Assembly: GCF_009914755.1 (NCBI RefSeq) | Contig: NC_060933.1 | Length of the DNA stretch: 64,000 nucleotides | Source of the DNA: the human T2T-CHM13v2.0 reference genome, Homo sapiens | Direction: 5' to 3' (one strand) | Shown: positions 42,467 to 58,000 of the stretch, piece by piece | How the letters are laid out: each line of letters starts with the position of its first letter | Position numbering within the stretch: the stretch's first letter is position 1 | The notes under the pieces: model-generated | What the model was told of the DNA's origin: nothing | Database searches by the model: none | What the model saw: the letters and a program-made list of their open reading frames with translations, nothing else | Translations under genes and position numbers: made by a program

Positions 42467-45400
42467 ATTCCATTGCTTTCCATTCCATTCCATTCCCCTG
42501 CAATCGCGTTGAATCCATTCCATTCCATTCCATTCCATTCCATTGCATTCCATTCCTTTCCGTTCCATTGCATTCCATTCCATTCCATTCCCTTCCATTC
42601 CGTTCCGTTCCATTCCATTCCATTCCATTCTATTGGGGTTAATTCCATTCCATTCCATTCGATTACAATCGAGTTGATTCCTTTCCATTCCATTCCATTC
42701 CATTCCATTCCATTCCATTCCATTCCCTTCCATTCCATTACGGATGATTCCATTCCATTGCATTCCATTCCATTCCATTCCCCTGTACTCGGGTTGATTC
42801 CATTCCATTCTATTCCAATCCATGCCATTCCACTCGTGTTGATTCCATTCTTTCCATTCCATTCAAGTTGAATCCATTCCATTGCATTCCATTCCATTTG
42901 ATTCCATTCGATTGCACTCGGGTTGATTCCATTCCATTGCATTCCATTCCATTCCATTCCATTCCATTCCGTTCCATTCCATTTCATTACATTCAGATTG
43001 ATTCTATTCAATTCCCTTACACTCCTTTATATTCCAATCCATTCTGGTTGTTTCCATTCCATTCCATTCCATTTCACTCGTGTTGATTCCATTCTTTTCC
43101 ATTCCATTCGGTTTGAAGCCATTCCATTCCATGCAATTCCACTCCATTCCATTCCATTACATTCCATTCCATTCCATTCCATTCCATTCCATTGTACTCT
43201 GGTTGATTCCATTCCATTGCATTCCATTCCATTCCATTCCGTTCCATTCCATTCCATTACATTCGGATTGATTCTATTCAACTCCGTTACTCTCCATTAC
43301 ATTCCATTCCATTCGGGTTGTTCCATTCCATTCCATTCCATTCCACTGCATTCCATTGAACTCGGGTTGATTCCATTCCATTCCATTCCATTCCATTCCA
43401 TTCCGGATGATTCCATTCCATTGCATTCCGTTCCATTACATTCCCCTGCACTCGCGTTGATTCCATTCCATTCCATTCCATTCCATACCATTCCATTCCA
43501 TTCCATTCCATTCCATTCCATTCCATTCCATTCCTTTCCATTCCATTACGGATGATTCCATTCCATTGCATTCCATTCCATTCCATTCCCCTGTACTCGG
43601 GTTGATTCCATTCCATTCTATTCCAATCCATGCCATTCCACTCGTGTTGATTCCATTCTTTCCATTCCATTCAAGTTGAATCCATTCCATTGCATTCCAT
43701 TCCATTCGATTCCATTCGATTGCACTCGGGTTGATTCCATTCCATTGCATTCCATTCCATTCCATTCCATTCCATTCCATTCCATTCCATTACAATGGAG
43801 TTGATTCCATTCCATTCCATTCCATTCCATTCCATTCCATTCCAGTCCTTTCCATTCCATTCCACTCGGGTTGATTCCATTCTAATACTTTCCATTCCAT
43901 TTCATTCCATTCGAATCCATTCCATTGCACTCGGTTTGATTCCATTCCATTCCATTCCATTCCATTTCATTCCATTCCATTCCATTACATTCGGACTGAT
44001 TCTATTCAATTCCCTTACACTCCATTACATTCCATTCCATTCGGGATTTTTCCATTCCATTCCATTCCATTCCATTCCATTCCATTCCATTCCATTCCAT
44101 TGCATCGGGTTCATTCCATTCCATTCCATTCCATTCCATTCCGGATGATTCCATTCCATTGTATTCAATTCCATTCCATTCCCCTGCACTTGGGTTGATT
44201 TCATTCCATTCCATTTCCTTCCATTCCTTTCCATTCCATTCCATTCAATTCTATTCGGGTTAATTCCATTCCATTCCATTCCATTCCATTCCATTCCACT
44301 CCATTCCATTGCAATCGAGTTGATTCCATTCCATTCCATTCCATTCCATTCCGTTCGATTGCAATCGAGTTGATTCCATTCCATTCCATTCCATTCCATT
44401 CCATTCCATTCCTTTCCATTCCATTACGGATGTTTCCATTCCATTGCATTCCATTCCATTCCATTCCCCTGTACTCGGGTTGATTCCATTCCATTCCATT
44501 CCATTCCATTCCATTCCATTCCGGAAGTTTCCATCCCATTGCATTCCATTCCATTCCATTCCCCTGCACTCGCGTTGATTCCATTCCATTCCATTACATT
44601 CCATTCCATTCCGTTCCGTTCCATTCCATTCCATTCCATTCCATTCTATTCGGGTTAATTCCATTCCATTCCATTCGATTGCAATCGAGTTGATTCCATT
44701 CCATTCCATTCCATTCCATTCCATTCCATTCCATTCCATTCCTTTCCATTCCATTACGGATGATTCCATTCCATTGCATTCCATTCCATTCCATTCCCCT
44801 GTACTCGGGTTGATTCCATTCCATTCCATTCCAATCCATGCCATTCCACTCGTGTTGATCCCATTCTTTCCATTCCATTCAAATTGCATCCATTCCATTG
44901 CATTCCATTCCATTCGATTCCATTCGATTGCACTCGGGTTGATTCCATTCCATTGCATTCCATTCCATTCCATTCAATTCCATTCCGTTCCATTCCATTT
45001 CATTACATTCAGATTGATTCTATTCAATTCCCTTACACTCCATTATATTCCAATCCATTCTGGTTGTTTCCATTCCATTCCATTCCATTTCACTCCATTC
45101 CATTGCACTCGGGTTAATTCCATTCCATTCCATTCCATTCCATTCCGGATGATTCCATTCCATTGCATTCCATTCCATTCCATTACCCTGCAGTCGGGTT
45201 GATTCCATTCCATTCCATTACATTACATTCCGTTCCATTCCATTCCATTCCATTCGGATTGATTCTATTCAATTCCCTTACACTCCATTACATTCCATTC
45301 GATTCGGTTAGTTTCCATTCCTTTCCATTCCATTCCTCTCTATTCCATTGCACTCGGGTTGATTCCATTCCATTCCATTCCATTCCATTGTACTCGGGTT

Positions 45401-48400
45401 GATTCCATTCCATTGCATTCCATTCCATTCCATTCCATTCCATTCCATTCCGTTCCATTCCATTCCATTACATTCGGATTGATTATATTCAACTCCCTTA
45501 CTCTCCATTACATTCCATTCCATTCGGGTTGTTCCATTCCATTCCATTCCATTCCACTCCATTCCATTGCACTCGGGTTGATTCCATTCCATTCCATTCC
45601 ATTCCATTCCATTCCGGATGATTCCATTCCATTGCATTCCGTTCCATTACATTCCCCTGCATTCGGGTTGATTCCATTCCATTCCATTCGATTCCATTCG
45701 ATTCCATTCCATTCCAATTCGTTCCAATCCATTCTATTCCATTCGATTCCATTCCATTCCAATTCGTTCCATTCCATTCTATTCCGTACCATTCCATTCC
45801 ATTCCATTCCATACCATTCCATTCCATTGCATTCCATTCCATTCCATTCCGTTCCATTCCGTTCCATTCCATTCCATTCCATTCCATTCTATTCGGGTTA
45901 ATTCCATTCCATTCCATTCCATTCTATTCTATTCCATTCCATTGCAATCGAGTTGAATCCATTGCATTCCATTCCATTCCATTCCATTCCGGAAGATTCC
46001 ATTCCATTGCAATCCATTCCATTCCATTCCCCTGCACTCGCGTTGATTCCATTCCATTCCATTCCATTCCATTGCATTCCGTTCCATTCCGTTCCATTCC
46101 ATTCCATTCCATTCCGTTCCGTTCCGTTCCGTTCCATTCCATTCCATTCTATTCGGGTTAATTCCATTCCATTCCATTCGATTGCAATCGAGTTAATTCC
46201 ATTCCATTCCATTCCATTCCATTCCATTCCATTCCTTTCCATTCCATTACGGATCATTCCATTCCATTGCATTCCATTCCATTCCATTCCCCTGTACTCG
46301 GGTTGATTCCATTCCATTCCATTCCATTCCATTCCGTTCCGTTCCGTTCCGATCCATTCCATTCCATTCCATTCCATTCCGTTCCGTTCCATTCCATTCC
46401 ATTCCATTCCATTCCATTCTATTCGGGTTTATTCCATTCCCCTCCATTCGATTGCAATCGAGTTGATTCCATTCCTTTCCATTCCATTCCTTTCTGTTCC
46501 ATTCCATTCCATTCCATTCAATTCCATTCCATTCTATTCGTGTTAATTCCATTCCATTCCATTGCATTCCATTCCATTCCATTCCATTCCATTCCGTTCC
46601 GTTCCGTTCCGTTCCGTTCCATTCCATTCCATTCCATTCTATTCGGGTTAATTCCATTCCATTCCATTCGATTGCAATCGAGTTGATTCCATTCCATTCC
46701 ATTCCATTCCATTCCATTCCATTCCTTTCCATTACATTACGGATGATTCCATTCCATTGCATTCCATTCCATTCCATTCCCCTGTACTCGGGTTGATTCC
46801 ATTCCATACCATTCCATTCCATGCCATTCCACTCGTGTTGATTCCATTCTTTCCATTCCATTCAAGTTGAATCCATTGCATTGCATTCCATTCCATTCGA
46901 TTCCATTCGATTGCACTCGGGTTGATTCCATTCCATTGCATTTCATTCGATTGCACTCGGGTTGATTCCATTCCATTGCATTCCATTCCATTCCATTCCA
47001 TTCCATTCCATTCCATTCCATTCCATTCCATTACTTTCGGATTGATTCTATTCAATTCCCTTACACTCCATTACATTCCATTCCATTCGGGTAGTTTCCA
47101 TTCCATTCCATTCCATTCCTCTCCATTCCATTTCACTAGGGTTGATTCCATTCCATTCCATGCCATTCCATGCCATTCCATTCCATTCCATTCCATTCCA
47201 TTCCGGATGATTCCATTCTATTGAATTCCATTCCATTCCATTCCCCTGCACTTGGGTTGACTCCATTCCATTCCATTCCATTACTTTCAGTTCCATTCCA
47301 TTCCTTTCCATTCCATTCCATTCCATTCCATTCCATTCTATTCGTGTTAATTCCATTCCATTCCATTGAAATGGAGTTGATTCCATTCCATTCCATTCCA
47401 TTCCATTCCATTCCATTCCGGATGATTCCTTTCCACTACATTCCAATCCATTCCATTCCCCTGCACTCGGGTTGAATCCCTTCCTTTCCATTCCATTACA
47501 TTCCGTTCCATTCCATTCCATTCCATTCCATTCCATTCCATTCGGGTTAATTCCATTCCATTCCATTCCATTCCATTCCATTCCAATCGAGTTGATTCCA
47601 TTCCATTCCATTCCATTCCATTCCATTCCAGTTCGTTCCATTCCGTTCTATTCCATACCATTCCATTCCATTCCATTCCTTTCCATTCCATTCCTTTCCA
47701 CTCGTGTTGATTCCATTCCTTTCCATTCCATTCGGTTTGAAGGCATTCCATTCCATTCCATTCCATTCCATTCCATTCCCTTCCATTCTATTCCATTGCA
47801 TTGCAATCGAGTTGAATCCATTGCCTTTCATTCCATTCCATTCCATTCCGGAAGATTCCATTCCATTGCATTCCATTCCATTCCATTCCCCTGCACTCGC
47901 GTTGATTCCATTCCATTCCATTCCATTCCATTCCATTCTGTTCCGTTCCATTCCATTCCATTCCATTCCATTCCATTCCGTTCAGTTCCATTCCATTCCA
48001 TTCCATTCTATTCGGGTTAATTCCATTCCATTCCATTCCATTGCCATCGAGTTGATTCCATTCCATTCCATTCCATTCCATTCCATTCCCTTCCATTCCT
48101 TTCCATTCCATTACGTATGACTCCATTCCATTGCATTCCATTCCATTCCATTCCCCTGTACTCGGGTTGATTCCATTCCATTCCATTCCACTCCATTCGG
48201 TTCCGTTGCATTCCATTCTATTGCGTTCCATCTATTCGTGTTAATTCCATTCCATTCTATTCCATTCCATTCCATTCCATTCCATTGCAATGGAGTTGAT
48301 TCCATTCCATTCCATTCCATTCCGGATGATTCCATTCCATTGCATTCCATTCCATTCCATTCCCCTGCACTCGTGTTGATTCCATTCCCTTCCATTCCAT

Positions 48401-50179
48401 TCCATTCCGTTCCATTCCATTCCATTCCGTTCTATTCCGGTTAATTCCATTCCATTCCATTCCATTCCATTCCATTCCATTGCAATCGAGTTGATTCCAT
48501 TCCATTCCTTTCCATTCCATTCCATTGCCTTGTATTCCACTCGGGTTGATTCCATTTCCTTCTTTCCACTCCATTACATTCCCTTCCATGATTGATTCCA
48601 TTCCATTCCATTCCATTTCATTCCATTGCAATCCATTCCAATCCATTCCATTCCATTCCATTCCACTCGAGTTGACTTCATTCCATTCCTTTCCATTCCA
48701 TTCCATTCCTTTCCACTCGAGTTGATTCCATTCCATTCCAATCCATTGCATTCCATTCCATGCCATTTCACTCGGGTTGATTCCATTCCTTTGCATTCCA
48801 TTCCATTCCATTCCATTCCATTCCGTTGCATTCCATTCCATTACATTCGGATTGATTCTATTCAACTCCCTTACTCTCCATTACATTACATTCCATTCGG
48901 GTTGTTCCATTCCATTCCATTCCATTCCACTCCATTCCATTGCACTCGGGTTGATTCCATTCCATTCCATTCCATTCCATTCCATTCCGGATGATTCCAT
49001 TCCATTGCATTCCGTTCCATTACATTCCCCTGCACTCGCGTTGATTCCATTCCATTCCATTCCATTCCATTCAATTCCATTCCATTACAATTCGTTCCAT
49101 TCCATTCTATTCCGTACCATTCCATTCCATTCCATACCATTCCATTCCATTCCATTCCATTCCATTCCGTTCCATTCCGTTCCATTCCATTCCATTCCAT
49201 TCTATTCGGATTAATTCCATTCCATTCCATTCCATTCCATTCTATTCCATTCCATTGCAATCGAGTTGAATCGATTGCATTTCATTCCATTCCATTCCAT
49301 TCCATTCCATTCCGGAAGATTCCATTCCATTGCATTCCATTCCATTCCATTCCCCTGCACTCGCGTTGATTCCATTCCATTCCATTCCATTCCATTCCAT
49401 TCCATTCCATTCCGTTCCGTTCCGTTCCGTTCCATTCCATTCCATTCCTTTCCGTTCCGTTCCGTTCCATTCCATTCCATTCCATTCCATTCCATTCCAT
49501 GCCATTCCACTCGGGTTGATTCTATACCTTTCCATTCCATTCGGGTTGAATCCATTCCATTCCATTTGATTCCATTCCATTGCACTCGGGTTGATTCCAT
49601 TCCATTCCATTCCATTCCATTCCATTCCATTCCGTTCCATTCCATTCCATTACATTTGGATTGATTCTATTCAATTCCCTTACACTCCATTACATTCCAT
49701 TCCATTCGGGTAGTTTCCATTCCATTCCATTCCATTCCTCTCCATTCCATTGCACTCGGGTTGATTCCATTCCATTCCATTCCATTCCATTCCATTCCAT
49801 TCCATTCCATTCCATTCCGTTCCGTTCTGTTCCGTTCCGTTCCATTGCATTCCATTCCTTTCTACTCGGGTTAATTCCATTCCATTCCATTCCATTCCAT
49901 TCCATTCCATTCCAATCGAGTTGATTCCATTCCATTCCATTCCATTCCATTCCACTCCATTCCAGTCCTTTCCATTCCATTCCACTCTGGTTGATTCCAA
50001 TGTATTCCTTTCCATTCCATTCCATTCCATTGCAATCGAGTGGATTCCATTGCTTTGCATTCCATTCCATTCCATTCCATTCCGGATGATTCCATTCCAT
50101 TGCATTCCATTCCATTCCATTCCCCTGCAATCGGGTTGATTCCATTCCATTCCACTCCATTCCGTTCCATTCCATTCTA

Positions 50180-50740
50180 TTCCATTGTATTCGGGTTAAT
50201 TCCATTCCATTCCATTCCATTCCATTCCATTCCATTACAATCGAGTTGATTCCATTCCATTCCATTCCATTCCAGTCCTTTCCATTCCATTCCACTCGGG
50301 TTGATTCCATTCTATTAGTTTCCATTCCATTCCATTCCCTTCCATTCCACTCTGGTTGATTCCATTCCTTTCATTCCACTCGAATACATTCCCTCCTATT
50401 CCACTTGGAAAGATTCCATTCCATTCCATTCCATTCCACTCCATTCCATTCCATTCCATTCCATTCCATTCCATTGTATTCGGGTTAATTCCATTCCATT
50501 CCATTCCATTCCATTCCATTCCATTCCATTACATTCCATTCCATTACATTACAATCGAGTTGATTCCATTCCATTCCATTCCATTCCAGTCCTTTCCATT
50601 CCATTCCACTCGGGTTGATTCCATTCTATTAGTTTCCATTCCATTCCATTCCCTTCCATTCCACTCTGGTTGATTCCATTCCTTTCCATTCCACTCGAAT
50701 ACATTCCCTGCTATTCCACTCGGAACGATTCCATTCCATT
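50180..50740 (-). repeat. Local tandem duplication (~0.3-kb unit x2)
   Basis: The block TGTATTCGGGTTAA..ACAATCGAGTTG..CTATTAGTTTCC..CTCTGGTTG..CGAATACATTCCCT occurs twice, at offsets of ~289-314. Confidence 0.8.
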
Positions 50741-51415
50741 CCATTCCATTCCATTCCATTCCATTCCATTCCATTCCATACCATTCCATTCCATTTCATT
50801 CCATTGCAATCCATTCCAATCCATTCCATTCCATTCCACTCGAGTTGATTTCATTCCATTCCTTTCCATTCCATTCCATTCCTTTCCATTCGAGTTGATT
50901 CCATTCCATTCCATTCCATTCCATTCCATTCCATTCCATGCCATTCCACTCGGGTTGATTCCATTCCTTTGCATTCCATTCCATTCCATTCCATTCCATT
51001 GCATTCCATTCCATTCCATTCCGTTGCATTCCATTCCATTACATTCCGATTGATTCTATTCAACTCCCTTACTCTCCATTACATTCCATTCCATTCGGGT
51101 TGTTCCATTCCATTCCATTCCATTCCACTCCATTCCATTGCACTCGGGTTGATTCCATTCCATTCCATTCCATTCCATTCCATTCCATTCCATTCCGGAT
51201 GATTCCATTCCATTGCATTCCGTTCCATTACATTCCCCTGCACTCGCGTAGATTCCATTCCATTCCATTCCATTCCATTCAATTCCATTCCATTACAATT
51301 CGTTCCATTCCATTCTATTCCGTACCATTCCATTCCATTCCATACCATTCCATTCCATTCCATTCCATTCCATTCCATTCCGTTCCATTCCGTTCCATTC
51401 CATTCCATTCCATTC

Positions 51416-52010
51416 TATTCGGGTTAATTCCATTCCATTCCATTCCATTCCATTCTATTCCATTCCATTGCAATCGAGTTGAATCCATTGCATTTCATTC
51501 CATTCCATTCCATTCCATTCCGGAAGATTCCATTCCATTGCATTCCATTCCATTCCATTCCCCTGCACTCGCGTTGATTCCATTCCGTTCCATTCCATTC
51601 CATTCCATTGCATTCCGTTCCGTTCCGTTCCGTTCCATTCCATTCCATTCCATTCCATTCCGTTCCGTTCCATTCCATTCCATTCCATTCCATTCCGTTC
51701 CATTCCGTTGCATTCCATTCCATTCCATTCTATTCGGGTTAATTCCATTCCATTCCATTCCATTCCATTCTATTCCATTCCATTGCAATCGAGTTGAATC
51801 CATTGCATTTCATTCCATTCCATTCCATTCCATTCCGGAAGATTCCAATCCATTGCATTCCATTCCATTCCATTCCCCTGCACTCTCGTTGATTCCATTC
51901 CGTTCCATTCCATTCCATTCCATTGCATTCCGTTCCGTTCCGTTCCGTTCCATTCCATTCCATTCCATTCCATTCCGTTCCGTTCCATTCCATTCCATTC
52001 CATTCTATTC
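51416..52010 (-). repeat. Local tandem duplication (315-bp unit x2), each copy carrying an HSE
   Basis: TATTCGGGTTAATT at 51416 and 51731. Both are followed by GTTGAATCCATTGCATTTC, CCGGAAGATT and GATTCCATTCCGTTCC...GCATTCCGTTCCGTTCC. Confidence 0.85.
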
Positions 52011-55000
52011 GGGTTAATTCCATTCCATTCCATTCGATTGTAATCGTGTTGATTCCATTCCATTCCATTCCATTCCATTCCATTCCATTCCATTCCATTC
52101 CATTACGGATGATTCCTTTCCATTGCATTCCATTCCATTCCATTCCCCTGTACTCGGGTTGATTAAATTCCATTGCATTCCAATCCATGCCCTTCCACTC
52201 GTGTTGATTCCATTCTTTCCATTCCATTCAAGTTCAATCCATTCCATTGCATTCCATTCCATTCAATTCCATTCGATTGCACTCGGGTTGATTCCATTCC
52301 ATTGCATTCCATTCCATTCCATTCCATTCCATTCCATTCCATTCCGTTCCATTCCATTCCATTACATTCGGATTGATTCTATTCAATTCCCTTACACTCC
52401 ATTACATTCCATTCCATTCGGGTAGTTTCCATTCCATTCCATTCCATTCAATTCCTCTCCATTCCATTGCACTCGGGTTGATTCCATTCCATTGCATTCC
52501 ATTCCATTCCATTCAATTCCATTCCGTTCCATTCCATTCCATTACATTCGGATTGATTCTATTCATCTCCCTTAGTTTCCATTACATTCCATTCCATTCG
52601 GGTTGTTCCATTCCATTCCATTCCATTCCACTCCATTCCATTGCACTCGGGTTGATTCCATTCCATTCCATTCCATTCCATTCCATTCCATTCCATTCCG
52701 TTCCATTCCGGAATATTCCATTCCATTGCATTCCATTCCATTCCATTCCCCTGCACTCGCGTTGATTCCATTCCATTCCATTCCATTCCATTCCATTCCA
52801 TTCCTTTCCTTTCCGTTCCATTCCATTCCATTCCATTCCATTCCGTTCCGTTCCGTTCCATTCCATTCCATTCCATTCTATTCGGGTTAATTCCATTCCA
52901 TTCCATTCGATTGCAATCGAGTTGATTCCATTCCATTCCATTCCATTCCATTCCATTCCATTCCATTCCATTCCATTCCATTCCTTTCCATTCCATTACG
53001 GATGATTCCATTCCATTGCATTCCATTCCATTCCATTCCCCTGTACTCGGGTTGATTCCATTCCATTCCATTCCAATCCATGCCATTCCACTCGTGTTGA
53101 TTCCATTCTTTCCATTCCATTCAAGTTGAATCCATTCCATTGCATTCCATTCCATTCCTCTCCATTCCATTGCACTCGGGTTGATTCCATTCCATTCCAT
53201 TCCATTCCATTCCATTCCATTCCGTTCCATTCCATTCCATTACATTCGGATTGATTCTATTCAACTCCCTTACTCTCCATTACATTCCATTCCATTCGGG
53301 TTGTTCCATTCCATTCCATTCCATTCCACTCCATTCCATTGCACTCGGGTTGATTCCATTCCATTCCATTCCATTCCTTTCCATTCCATTCCGTTCCGGA
53401 TGATTCCTTTCCATTGCATTCCGTTCCATTCCATTCCCCTGCACTCGCGTTGATTCCGTTCCATTCCATTCTATTCCATTCCATTCCCTTCCTTTCCATT
53501 CCATTCCATTCCTTTCCATTCTATTCCATTCCGTTCCGTTCCATTCCATTCCATTCCATTCTATTCGGGTTAATTCCTTTCCATTCCATTCGATTGCAAT
53601 CGAGTTGATTCCATTCCATTCCATTCCATTCCATTCCATTCCATTCCATTCCTTTCCATTCCATTACGGATGATTCCATTCCATTGCATTCCATACCATT
53701 CCATTCCCCTATACTCGGGTTGATTCCATTCCATTCCATTCCAATCCATGCCATTCCACTCGTGTTGATTCCATTCTTTCCATTCCATTCAAGTTGAATC
53801 CATTCCATTGTATTCCATTCCATTCGATTCCATTCGATTGCACTCGGGTTGATTCCATTCCATTGCATTCCATTCCATTCCATTCCATTCCATTCCATTC
53901 CATTCCATTCCATTCCGTTCCATTCCATTCCATTACATTCGGATTGATTCTATTCAATTCCCTTACACTCCATTCCATTCCATTCCATTCCATTCCATTC
54001 CGTTCCGTTCCATTCCATTCCATTCCATTCTATTCGGGTTAATTCCATTCCATTCCATTCGATTGCAATCGTGTTGATTCCATTCCATTCCATTCCATTC
54101 CATTCCATTCCATTCCATTCCATTCCTTTCCATTCCATTACGGATGATTCCATTCCATTGCATTCCATTCCATTCCATTCCCCTGTACTCGGGTTGATTC
54201 CATTCCATTGCATTCCAATCCATGCCCTTCCACTCGTGTTGATTCCATTCTTTCCATTCCATTCAAGTTGAATCCATTCCATTGCATTCCATTCCATTCG
54301 ATTCCATTCGATTGCACTCGGGTTGATTCCATTCCATTGCATTCCATTCCATTCCATTCCATTCCATTCCATTCCGTTCCATTCCATTCCATTACATTCG
54401 GATTGATTCTATTCAATTCCCTTACACTTCATTACATTCCATTCCATTCGGGTAGTTTCCATTCCATTCCATTCCATTCCTCTCCATTCCATTGCACTCG
54501 GGTTGATTCGATTCCATTGCATCCCATTCCATTCCATTCAATTCCATTCAGTTCCATTCCATTCCATTACATTCGCATTGATTCTATTCAACTCCCTTAG
54601 TCTCCATTACATTCCATTCCATTCGGGTTGTTCCATTCCATTCCATTCCATTCCACTCCATTCCATTGCACTCGGGTTTATTCCATTCCATTCCATTCCA
54701 TTCCATTCCATTCCATTCCATTCCGGAAGATTTCATTCCGTTGCATTCCATTCCATTCCATTCCCCTGCACTCGCGTTGATTCCATTCCATTCCATTCCA
54801 TTCCATTCCATTCCATTCCATTCCTTTCCGTTCCATACCATTCCATTCCATTCCATTCCATTCCATTCCGTTCCGTTCCGTTCCATTCCATTCCATTCCA
54901 TTCTATTCGGGTTAATTCCATTCCATTCCATTCGATTGCAATCGAGTTGATTCCATTCCATTCCATTCCATTCCATTCCATTCCTTTCCATTCCATTACG

Positions 55001-58000
55001 GATGATTCCATTCCATTGCATTCCATTCCATTCCATTCCCCTGTACTCGGGTTGATTCCATTCCATTCCATTCCAATCCATGCCATTCCACTCGTGTTGA
55101 TTCCGTTCTTTCCATTCCATTCAAGTTGAATCCATTCTATTGCATTCCATTCCATTCCATTCCCCTGCAGTCGGGTTGATTCCATTCCATTCCATTCCAT
55201 TCCATTCCAGTCCATTCCATTCCAATCAAGTTGATTCCATTCCATTCCAATCCATTCCATTCCATTCCATTCCATTCCACTCCATTCCAGTCCTTTCCAT
55301 TCCATTCCACTCGGGTTGATTCCAATGTATTCCTTTCCATTCCATTCCATTCCATTGCAATCGAGTTGATTCCATTGCTTTGCATTCCATTCCATTCCAT
55401 TCCATTCCGGATGATTCCATTCCATTGCATTCCATTCCATTCCATTCCCCTGCACTCGGGTTGATTCCATTCCTTTCCACTCCATTCCATTCCATTCCAT
55501 TCCATTCCATTCCATTGTATTCGGGTTAATTCCATTCCATTCCATTCCATTCCATTCCATTCCATTCCATTCCATTCCATTCCATTCCATTCCATTCCAT
55601 TACAATCGAGTTGATTCCATTCCATTCCATTCCATTCCAGTCCGTTCCATTCCATTCCACTCGGGTTGATTCCATTCTATTAGTTTCCATTCCATTCCAT
55701 TCCCTTCCATTCCACTCTGGTTGATTCCATTCCTTTCCATTCCACTCGAATACATTCCCTCCTATTCCACTCGGAACGATTCCATTCCATTCCATTCCAT
55801 TCCATTCCATTCCATTCCATTCCATTCCATTCTATTCCATTTCGTTCCATTCCATTCTATTCCGTATCATTCCATTCCATTCCATTCCATTCCATTCCAT
55901 TCCATTGAAGTCGGGTTGATTCCATTCCATTGCATTCTATTCCATTCCATTCCATTCCATTCCTTTGCATTCCATTCCGTTCCGTTCCGTTCCATTCCAT
56001 TCCATTCCATTCCATTCTATTCGGATTAATTCCATTCCATTCCATTCGATTGCAATCTTATTGATTCCATTCCATTCCATTCCATTCCATTCCATTCCAT
56101 TCCTTTCCATTCCATTACGGATGATTCCATTCCATTGCATTCCATTCCATTCCATTCCCCTGTACTCGGGTTGATTCCATTCCATTGCATTCGAATCCAT
56201 GCCCTTCCACTCGTGTTGATTCCATTCTTTCCATTCCATTCAAGTTGAATCCATTCCATTGCATTCCATTCCATTCGATTCCAATCGATTGCACTCGGGT
56301 CGATTCCATTCCATTGCATCCCATTCCATTCCATTCAATTCCATTCCGTTCCTTTCCATTCCATTACATTCGGATTGATTCTATTCAACTCCCTTAGTCT
56401 CCATTACATTCCATTCCATTCGTGTTGTTCCATTCCATTCCATTCCATTCCACTGCATTCCATTGCACTCGGGTTGATTCCATTCCATTCTATTCCATTC
56501 CATTCAATTCCATTCCATTCCGGAAGATTCCATTCCATTGCATTCCATTCCATTCCATTCCCCTGCACTCGCGTTGATTCCATTCCATTCCATTCCATTC
56601 CATTCCATTCCATTCCATTCCATTCCATTCCATTCCTTTCCGTTCCATTCCATTCCATTCCATTCCATTCCATTCCATTCCGTTCCGTTCCGTTCCGTTC
56701 CATTCCATTCCATTCCATTCTATTCGGGTTAATTCCATTCCATTCCATTCGATTGCAATCGAGTTGATTCCATTCCATTCCATTCCATTCCATTCCATTC
56801 CATTCCTTTCCATTCCATTACGGATGATTCCATTCCATTGCATTCCATTCCATTCCATTCCCCTGTACTCGGGTTGATTCCATTCCATTCCATGACAATC
56901 CATGCCATTCCACTCGTGTTCATTCCATTCTTTCCATTCCATTCAAGTTGAATCCATTCCATTGCATTCCATTCCTTTCAAATCCCCTGCAGTCGGGTTG
57001 ATTCCATTCCATTCCATTCCATTCAATTGCATTCCATTCCATTCCACTCCATTCCAGTCCTTTCCATTCCATTCCACTCGGGTTGATTCCAATGTATTCC
57101 GTTCCATTGCATTCCATTCCATTGCAATCGAGTTGATTCCATTGCTTTGCATTCCATTCCATTCCATTCCATTCCGGATGATTCCATTCCATTGCATTCC
57201 ATTCCATTCCATTCCCCTGCACTCGGGTTGATTCCATTCCGTTCCACTCCATTCCATTCCATTCCATTGTATTCGGGTTAATTCCATTCCATTCCATTCC
57301 ATTCCATTCCATTCCATTACAATCGAGTTGATTCCATTCCATTCCATTCCATTCCAGTCCTTTCCATTCCATTCCACTCGGGTTCATTCCATTCTATTAG
57401 TTTCCATTCCATTCCATTCCCTTCCATTCCACTCTGGTTGATTCCATTCCTTTCCATTCCACTCGAATACATTCCCTCCTATTCCACTCGGAACGATTCC
57501 ATTCCATTCCATTCCATTCCATTCCCTTCCATTCCATTTCGTTCCATTCCATTCTGTTCCGTATCATTCCATTCCATTCCATTCCATTCCATTCCATTCC
57601 ATTCCATTCCATTCCATTCCATTGTACTCGGTTTGGTTCTATTCCATTGCATTCCATTCCATTCCATTCCCCTGTACTCGGGTTGATTCCATTCCATTCC
57701 ATTCCAATCCGTGCCATTCCACTCGTGTTGATTCCATTCTTTCCATTCCATTCAAGTTGAATCCATTCCATTGCATTGCATTCCATTCGATTCCATTCGA
57801 TTGCACTCGGGTTGATTCCATTCCATTCCATTCCATTCCATTCCATTCCATTCCATTCCATTCCATTCCATTCGGATTGATTCTACTCAATTCCCTTACA
57901 CTCCATTACATTCCATTCCATTCGGTTAGTTTCCATTCCATTCCATTCCATTCCTATCCATTCCATTGCACTCGGGTTGATTCCATTCCATTGCATTCCA

